DNA from: an uncultured Chitinophagales bacterium
GTDB taxonomy: Bacteria; Bacteroidota; Rhodothermia; Balneolales; M1805
Assembly: GCA_964541325.1 (NCBI GenBank)
Contig: CAZIQX010000004.1
Span: forward strand, 5,198-38,980
Reading direction: 5' to 3'
DNA length: 33,783 nt
The notes below the pieces were generated by a model. That model did no database searches. It worked only from the letters and a program-made list of their open reading frames with translations, and was not told the origin of the DNA. Positions 28,345 through 33,783 of this stretch are shown here, piece by piece. Position numbers and translations under genes: made by a program. Positions within the stretch are counted from its first letter, which is position 1, and every line of letters starts with the position of its first letter.

Positions 28345-29268
28345 TTAGTCGAGTTGTGTAAGGGTTATCGAGCCGCCTGAGGTTCTTAAATTCACTTTAC
28401 TTCCACCACCACGCACTCTTCCGGAAAGTTCATCTTTTTCCGTAGTTCCGGAAAAGTCTGTTAATCGAGATGTTACTCTACTTGCATATGCATTGATGTC
28501 AAAACCTTCATAACCTGGGAGTTGCAAATTAATGTTACCACCTGAGGTTTTTAAATCGCAACTCTTATTTAAACCGGTTATGGTTCCGGAGATATTGCCA
28601 CCACTTGTTTTTCCTTCAACAGTACCTGAAACACGATTTAACGAGATATTACCGCCACTCGTTTTGAACTGTAAATCTCCGGCGGCTTGCGTTAGTTCGA
28701 TGTGCCCACCCGACGTGGAAGCTTTTAATAAGCCTTCAAAATAGGTTAAACGAATGTGACCTCCGGATGTAGAAACGTCTACATTCCCGGCTACATCTTC
28801 ACAGGTTATATGTCCACCACTTGTTTTAGCAAGCAAATTTCCTTCAACACCCATCATGGTGATATGTCCTCCACTCGTTTTCAAATCAGCCTGCACTTCT
28901 TTAGGCGTATAAACCACAAAGTGAATACTGTAATTATCATCCCAACTCATATATCCAAAACCGCCGTTACGTTTAGCAATGGCTTGAACCGTGTTGCCCA
29001 TTTTTTGAATGGAGATAGTGTAGTCATCTAAGTCAACGTCACCCTCTTGAAAACTTTGATTGCCTTTTCGAACATACATTTCTACCACTATGGCATCATT
29101 ATCACCTTTACCTAAGTGAATGTGACCACCACTTGTTTGAACTTCGAGACGTGCTGAACCATTAGCTGTAAAACGTTCTACTTTAAAAGGTTTACCTAAT
29201 TCAGGTTGTGCATAAGCTGAGACAATTGAAGCAGCTAAGAAAAGTAGGGCAAATACTATTTTTTTCAT
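28345..29268 (-). CDS. DUF4097-family beta-helical repeat protein (putative adhesin), secreted
   Basis: The signal peptide is MKKIVFALLFLAASIVSAYA. Nine TSGG[HNS]I repeat units follow, mostly at about 19-20 aa spacing. Confidence 0.8.
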   Translation of the reverse strand: MKKIVFALLFLAASIVSAYAQPELGKPFKVERFTANGSARLEVQTSGGHIHLGKGDNDAIVVEMYVRKGNQSFQEGDVDLDDYTISIQKMGNTVQAIAKRNGGFGYMSWDDNYSIHFVVYTPKEVQADLKTSGGHITMMGVEGNLLAKTSGGHITCEDVAGNVDVSTSGGHIRLTYFEGLLKASTSGGHIELTQAAGDLQFKTSGGNISLNRVSGTVEGKTSGGNISGTITGLNKSCDLKTSGGNINLQLPGYEGFDINAYASRVTSRLTDFSGTTEKDELSGRVRGGGSKVNLRTSGGSITLTQLD

Positions 29269-29337
29269 CGTTTTAGAGATTAATGGACTGATAACGCAGA
29301 GTTACGCAATCAAAAACAAAAGGTTATTAAAATTTTC

Positions 29338-29823
29338 TCACCAATTGTAAGTGCCTGGCATACCTTTGTAAGGTCCAATGATATTGGAAGTAATCCATCC
29401 GCCAAAAAATTCTCCCGGCTGTGGAATCACTAATTCACCATTTACATAACAAGCATCCATTTTATGAGCAAAATATGCGATATAACCTTTTAAAGCTTCA
29501 TAACCCGGGTTTGGCTTTGGGAAATACCAAGCTGCATAATTACTTCTCTTTTGATCAACAGCGATATCATAAAACTTGATACAACCTTTGTAGGCACAAT
29601 ATGCATCACGCACTTTACGAAACAGAACGGTGTGGTCTACATCATCCGGTGGAAAAAAATAAACCGGAGGGTGGCTTGTTTCTAACACGCGAAGAGCATT
29701 ACTTGTTTTGGCGATTAACTTACCGTTAAACTCAACTAAAAGTTCGCCTTCAAAGGGCACAACAATCGGTGGACGCGGATACGACCAAACACTTTCCTTT
29801 TGTTGATTCCAAGTTTGTGACAT
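29338..29823 (-). CDS. DUF427 domain protein
   Basis: RVLETSHPPVYFFPPDDV...C.YKG....YD resembles the DUF427 signature. The track start at 29895 is GTG. The ATG at 29823 (MSQTWNQQ...) is more plausible. Confidence 0.6.
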   Translation of the reverse strand: MSQTWNQQKESVWSYPRPPIVVPFEGELLVEFNGKLIAKTSNALRVLETSHPPVYFFPPDDVDHTVLFRKVRDAYCAYKGCIKFYDIAVDQKRSNYAAWYFPKPNPGYEALKGYIAYFAHKMDACYVNGELVIPQPGEFFGGWITSNIIGPYKGMPGTYNW

Positions 29824-30021
29824 GAATAGAACTCGATTTTTATGGGGTTTCGATTTTGTAGGGCGTTCAACATTAGCTTTTAGTATATCATTCACATTCT
29901 GATAAATCTTTATTTCTTTTAATTTGAATTAAAAGCTTGATATTGTTGAAATACTTTTACAAGCACACTCCCTTCTTTTTCAGTATCATTTCGGCCTTAT
30001 CCTAACGCAAAACTATTTTCT

Positions 30022-33015
30022 ATGAAGTTCATTTTTACACTTGCAGCGCTAAGTTTTTCCTTCACCGCATGGGCACAACCCGAGCCATCGTATTGGCAAC
30101 AAAGGGTTTCTTATGAAATGGATATCAACATGATTGAAGACAAAAATCAGTTTGATGGTCAGCAAAAGCTCACCTATTTCAACAACTCACCGGACACCTT
30201 GTATAAGGTTTATTACCACTTGTATTTTAATGCCTTTCAGCCTAATTCCATGATGGATAAACGCTCAAGAGAAATTATTGACCCAGACGGACGTGTACGA
30301 GATCGTATTTTCAACTTAAAAGAAGATGAAATCGGGTTTCATCATGTAAAATCTTTACTCCAAAATGGGAAAAAAACCACCTATCATGTTGAGGAAACTA
30401 CGCTAGAAGTTACGTTAGCAGAACCGATTTTACCGGGTTCACAGGCTATTTTTGAAATGGAGTTTCACTCTCAGGTTCCTTTGCAAGTTCGTCGATCAGG
30501 GCGCGACAATGCAGAAGGTATTCGCTTTTCTATGACTCAATGGTATCCCAAAATGGCTGAATATGATGATGACGGTTGGCATACTAGTCCTTATGTGGGA
30601 CGTGAGTTTTATGCACCATACGGGGATTTTAGCGTTAAAATCACCATTGATTCTTCTTACACCATTGGAGGAACCGGCGTATTACAAAATCCAACCGAAA
30701 TTGGTCATGGTTATGTGCCAAACACTCAGGTTATAGCGAACCGAAGAGACCGTTTAACCTGGCACTTTTACGCTGAAAATGTTCACGATTTTGCTTGGGC
30801 AGCTGATCCCGATTACAAACATTATTCGGTAAAAGGACCCAATGACATGGATGTACACATCATTTATCAGCCGAATAGATCGGAAAAATACTGGGAACAA
30901 TTGGGCAATTATACTGCCAAAGCCATTGAATTTATGAATGAGAACTTTGGTGTGTACCCTTATCCTCAATTCACCGTTATTCAGGGTGCTGATGGTGGTA
31001 TGGAGTACCCAATGGCCACATTAATAACCGGAAATAGAGGCTTAGGAAGCTTAGTTGGAGTAACTGTACATGAATTGGCACATATGTGGTATTATGGCGT
31101 TCTAGGTTTCAATGAAAGTTACTATTCGTGGATGGATGAAGGATTTACAGAGTATGCCTCTAGTGAAGTTATGGCCTATTTATTCAATCAAAAGGGTGAT
31201 CCGCATGCAAGAACTTATGGCTCCTATTTGTATCTAAAATATCGTGGTATTGAAGAACCATTAACCACTCACTCTGACCAATATGAGACCAATGCCGCTT
31301 ATGGAACTTCGGCTTATACAAACGGCCATATTTTTCTACATCAGTTAGGGTATATCGTTGGGAATGATGTGATGCGAAAAGCATTGCTTCGTTTTTATAA
31401 TGAATGGAAATTTAAACATCCTGATGCTGAAGACTTAATTCATATCGTTGAAAAAGAATCCGGAATGGTACTCGATTGGTATTTGGATTACTGGATTAAA
31501 TCAACCAAAACCATTGATTACGGTCTTAAGAAACCTATCACCAAAAATAACACAACCACATTAACCTTGGAACGCAAAGGTCAACACCCCATGCCTGTTG
31601 ATGTGTACGTGCTGTATAACGATGATTCTTACGATTTTTTCACGATTCCTTTGGTAAGTCAACGTGGGGAAAAACGATTTGAAGGGAATGTGGTTTATAC
31701 AATCGCTAAAGATTGGCCTTGGACACATCCACAGTACGAACTTGAAATTGAACATCCGGGGAAAAAAATAGAACGTATCGAAATTGACCCCACTTTGAGA
31801 ATGGCTGATGTAAACCGATTAAATAATGCATGGCCCTTTCCTAATGACCGTAAATTTATGGAACCGGCACAAGCTTCGTGGAACTCCTATGGTTCGAGTT
31901 GGCGTCCGCAACTTTGGTTTGGTGAACAAGCCGGCGTAATGTTAGGTTCACGTTCTTATGGCAGTTATATTTTTAATCAATATGCCTATGAGGCATCATT
32001 TCGCGTAACAAGTGGTTCCGTGCAGAATTATGATGTCAATCAAACCGATATTGACTACAAATTCAAAATAACCATGCCTGCAAAATACTCCGGTAAAAGT
32101 GCAACAGTAAGTGTAGAAGCTTTGCGTTATTACGGCATTTTTCAAAATCAAGTGAGTTTTGAAAAGTACATTGGTGATTATGGCATGTGGTCGAAAACGC
32201 GTAGAGTATTTACATTTAGTTTGTTTCATCAAGAAAAAACGGCTGACCGAACCATTGGAATTTATGATGCTTGGGATCGTTTTGCTGTGTTAGGTGCACG
32301 CATGAAGTATGAAATTGGCGAATCTGCTTCAAATGGTATCTTATTCACATCACAAATGGCTAGTTCCGGCAAACTCTTAGCAGCGAGTTATGCAACCCTT
32401 GCCTTGAATAAGACTTACAAATATGCAAAAAACTTTTCTTCACGGTTTGGATTTAATATTGCAACAGGGTCGCGCTTATTACCGGTACAATATCGTATTA
32501 CGGCAGCAGGACCCACATTAGAAGGTGCTTGGGCAAATCCGGCGTGGTTTTCATTTACCAACATTGATGCTAACATGACCGACCAATTACATTTAGCACC
32601 AACAGGAAATAATGGTTTGATTGGCTATGGATTAACCGGAATCGGTTCTCCCGACATCCCCGGAAACAATCACTTTTCAGCTGTAATTTGGAATGAGTGG
32701 ACACCATTCAACGGGAAATGGACTAAACCGGCTACCCTTGAGTTTGTATCAGGAATGGGTCGCAGTTGGAATGGCGGATTTTGGGAAGATTTGCCTTTCA
32801 AAGAAAATTCAACCGACAAAACCTTATTGGCAAGTATGTTTGTTGGCCTAAGTTATGATGCGGGTAGTTTGCCGATGTTTAATAAATGGCGCCCACAAAG
32901 CGATTTCCTGAAAAACTTTGAACTCAGTGTTCGCATGCCGTTTTTTATGACGGGTTTACAAGGCAGAAGTGATTGGAACACGCTACTTGTTTTTGGGATA
33001 AGTAATAATTTCTAA
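30022..33015 (+). CDS. M1-family zinc metallopeptidase (aminopeptidase N-like) with a roughly 390-aa C-terminal extension
   Basis: The signal peptide is ...FTAWAQ. The exopeptidase-motif analogue is GGMEYP. The zinc motif is HELAHMW-x18-E (WMDEGFTEY). The protein continues about 390 aa beyond the usual end and terminates ...VFGISNNF. Confidence 0.85.
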   Translation: MKFIFTLAALSFSFTAWAQPEPSYWQQRVSYEMDINMIEDKNQFDGQQKLTYFNNSPDTLYKVYYHLYFNAFQPNSMMDKRSREIIDPDGRVRDRIFNLKEDEIGFHHVKSLLQNGKKTTYHVEETTLEVTLAEPILPGSQAIFEMEFHSQVPLQVRRSGRDNAEGIRFSMTQWYPKMAEYDDDGWHTSPYVGREFYAPYGDFSVKITIDSSYTIGGTGVLQNPTEIGHGYVPNTQVIANRRDRLTWHFYAENVHDFAWAADPDYKHYSVKGPNDMDVHIIYQPNRSEKYWEQLGNYTAKAIEFMNENFGVYPYPQFTVIQGADGGMEYPMATLITGNRGLGSLVGVTVHELAHMWYYGVLGFNESYYSWMDEGFTEYASSEVMAYLFNQKGDPHARTYGSYLYLKYRGIEEPLTTHSDQYETNAAYGTSAYTNGHIFLHQLGYIVGNDVMRKALLRFYNEWKFKHPDAEDLIHIVEKESGMVLDWYLDYWIKSTKTIDYGLKKPITKNNTTTLTLERKGQHPMPVDVYVLYNDDSYDFFTIPLVSQRGEKRFEGNVVYTIAKDWPWTHPQYELEIEHPGKKIERIEIDPTLRMADVNRLNNAWPFPNDRKFMEPAQASWNSYGSSWRPQLWFGEQAGVMLGSRSYGSYIFNQYAYEASFRVTSGSVQNYDVNQTDIDYKFKITMPAKYSGKSATVSVEALRYYGIFQNQVSFEKYIGDYGMWSKTRRVFTFSLFHQEKTADRTIGIYDAWDRFAVLGARMKYEIGESASNGILFTSQMASSGKLLAASYATLALNKTYKYAKNFSSRFGFNIATGSRLLPVQYRITAAGPTLEGAWANPAWFSFTNIDANMTDQLHLAPTGNNGLIGYGLTGIGSPDIPGNNHFSAVIWNEWTPFNGKWTKPATLEFVSGMGRSWNGGFWEDLPFKENSTDKTLLASMFVGLSYDAGSLPMFNKWRPQSDFLKNFELSVRMPFFMTGLQGRSDWNTLLVFGISNNF

Positions 33016-33017
33016 AC

Positions 33018-33056
33018 AAAAAAAGGCTGAATCGAAAAACGATTCAGCCTTTTTTT
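33018..33056 (+). terminator. Rho-independent terminator after the M1 peptidase gene; copy A of a duplicated 38-39 nt hairpin
   Basis: A7 run, then ggctgaatcg (33025-33034), loop aaaaa, cgattcagcc (33040-33049), then a T7 run. Confidence 0.85.
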
Positions 33057-33113
33057 GTATTGGCTTTTATTGGTTGATACTTTTTAGTTTTATACATTCA
33101 TTTTGGTAAAATC

Positions 33114-33359
33114 ATGAGTATTATGAATGATCTTCTAAAAAGAATTACTATTGACGATGAAATTTGTAACGGTCAGCCTTGTATACGTGGCTATAGAATT
33201 ACCGTTCAAACTATTTTAGAGTTTCTACTAAACGATACCCCGGAAAATGAAATCTTACACCAATATCCTATTCTTGAAAAAGAGGATCTTGAGGCTTGTA
33301 AACAGTTTGCCATTGAAATGATGAAGAACAGATTTCATGTCAGAGAATTTGCAGCTTAA
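33114..33359 (+). CDS. DUF433-family protein (putative antitoxin)
   Basis: 81 aa. ICNGQPCIRGYRITVQTILEFL and ILHQYP.LEKEDLEAC match the DUF433 pattern. It overlaps the downstream PIN-like gene by 23 nt. Confidence 0.8.
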   Translation: MSIMNDLLKRITIDDEICNGQPCIRGYRITVQTILEFLLNDTPENEILHQYPILEKEDLEACKQFAIEMMKNRFHVREFAA

Positions 33360-33705
33360 TTCAAAGGTAAAATATTTAATTGATGTAAACCTTCCTAACC
33401 GTTTTAATTTGTGGAATTCGGATGATTATGTTCATCAATTAGAAATAAATCCTAAAATGAATGACAGTAAAATTTGGGAATTAGCAAAAACGAATCAGCT
33501 TACTATCATCACTAAAGACAGCGATTTCTCCACACGTATTATCACAGCTTTGCCTCCTCCAAAAGTTATTCACATTAAAATTGGAAACTGCTCAATGAGC
33601 ACCTTTTTTCAACTACTCCAAACACATTGGGAAGAAGTGTTAAAGCTAAGCCAATCCAACAAATTGGTAACCCTTTATCAAGACAGAATTGAATACCTTG
33701 AATAA
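33337..33705 (+). CDS. DUF5615-family PIN-like (Mut7-C-like) protein (putative toxin)
   Basis: 122 aa. KYLIDVNLP and IITKDSDF match the conserved acidic blocks of DUF5615/PIN-like proteins. It is the canonical partner of DUF433. Confidence 0.7.
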   Translation: MSENLQLNSKVKYLIDVNLPNRFNLWNSDDYVHQLEINPKMNDSKIWELAKTNQLTIITKDSDFSTRIITALPPPKVIHIKIGNCSMSTFFQLLQTHWEEVLKLSQSNKLVTLYQDRIEYLE

Positions 33706-33741
33706 AAAAGGCTGAATCGTAAAACGATTCAGCCTTTTTTT
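33704..33741. terminator. Rho-independent terminator after the TA pair; copy B of the duplicated hairpin, and possibly bidirectional
   Basis: A6 run, then ggctgaatcg (33710-33719), loop taaaa, cgattcagcc (33725-33734), then a T7 run. It is identical to copy A except for one loop base and one fewer leading A. Confidence 0.85.
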
Positions 33742-33783
33742 AGACCAAATTTTTAGTTTTTACTCGCCCAAAATCTGCAAAAA

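Noticed and set aside
28345-29130. Periodic short DNA repeats that could be mistaken for a CRISPR-like or tandem-repeat array
   Set aside because: The periodicity is the coding repeat TSGG[HNS]I of a continuous 307-aa ORF. The units are degenerate at the DNA level and have no spacer/repeat structure.
33057-33113. Promoter call for the TA cassette (TTGATA ... TATACA, or a TAnnTTTG-like element)
   Set aside because: The spacing between the candidate boxes is non-canonical (about 11 nt). The Bacteroidota-type -7 match is imperfect. This is not enough support to annotate a promoter.
33760-33783. Possible 3' end of a minus-strand gene at the right edge (...FLQILGE-TAA)
   Set aside because: Only 8 codons are visible, too few to call a CDS. 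I used it only as weak context for the terminator-duplication idea.

Overview
This 33.8-kb window reads as ordinary core chromosome from an FCB-group bacterium (Bacteroidota/Rhodothermota/Balneolota-like). The signs are a PorV-like outer-membrane protein, many lipoproteins and signal peptides, no Shine-Dalgarno motifs before starts, and several forced GTG/TTG starts. This placement is inference only. I support about 31 protein-coding ORFs, one tRNA-Leu(UAG), the RNase P RNA (rnpB) and nine rho-independent terminator hairpins. Recognisable blocks, left to right: (1) a large exported HExxH/TolB-like protein interrupted by an in-frame TGA, divergent from a PorV-like OMP; (2) an acyltransferase and a UbiB/ABC1 kinase with a long acidic N-terminal extension; (3) two lipoproteins, a crotonase and cutA; (4) tRNA-Leu followed by tig-clpP-clpX; (5) a hyper-acidic orphan protein; (6) yggS, two small bitopic coiled-coil membrane proteins, a terminator, then divIVA and a purine nucleoside phosphorylase; (7) nif3, a COG1579 gene and rnpB; (8) an MBL-fold hydrolase and a trkH/trkA-like K+ transporter pair; (9) an alanine/glycine:cation symporter; (10) an unknown ORF coupled to fumarylacetoacetase; (11) DUF427 and a DUF4097 repeat protein; (12) an M1 metallopeptidase with a long C-terminal extension; (13) a DUF433/DUF5615 (PIN-like) toxin-antitoxin pair flanked by a duplicated terminator hairpin. 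I found no CRISPR array, IS element, integrase, prophage or obvious multi-gene defence island, and I cannot honestly claim a clear novel system. The observations most worth a second look are the nonsense-interrupted exported protein (1..2545), the two uncharacterised small membrane proteins inside a ylm/divIVA-type cluster (16857..17471), the unknown gene coupled to fahA (26022..26984), and the TA cassette bracketed by a 38-39 nt duplicated hairpin (33018..33741).
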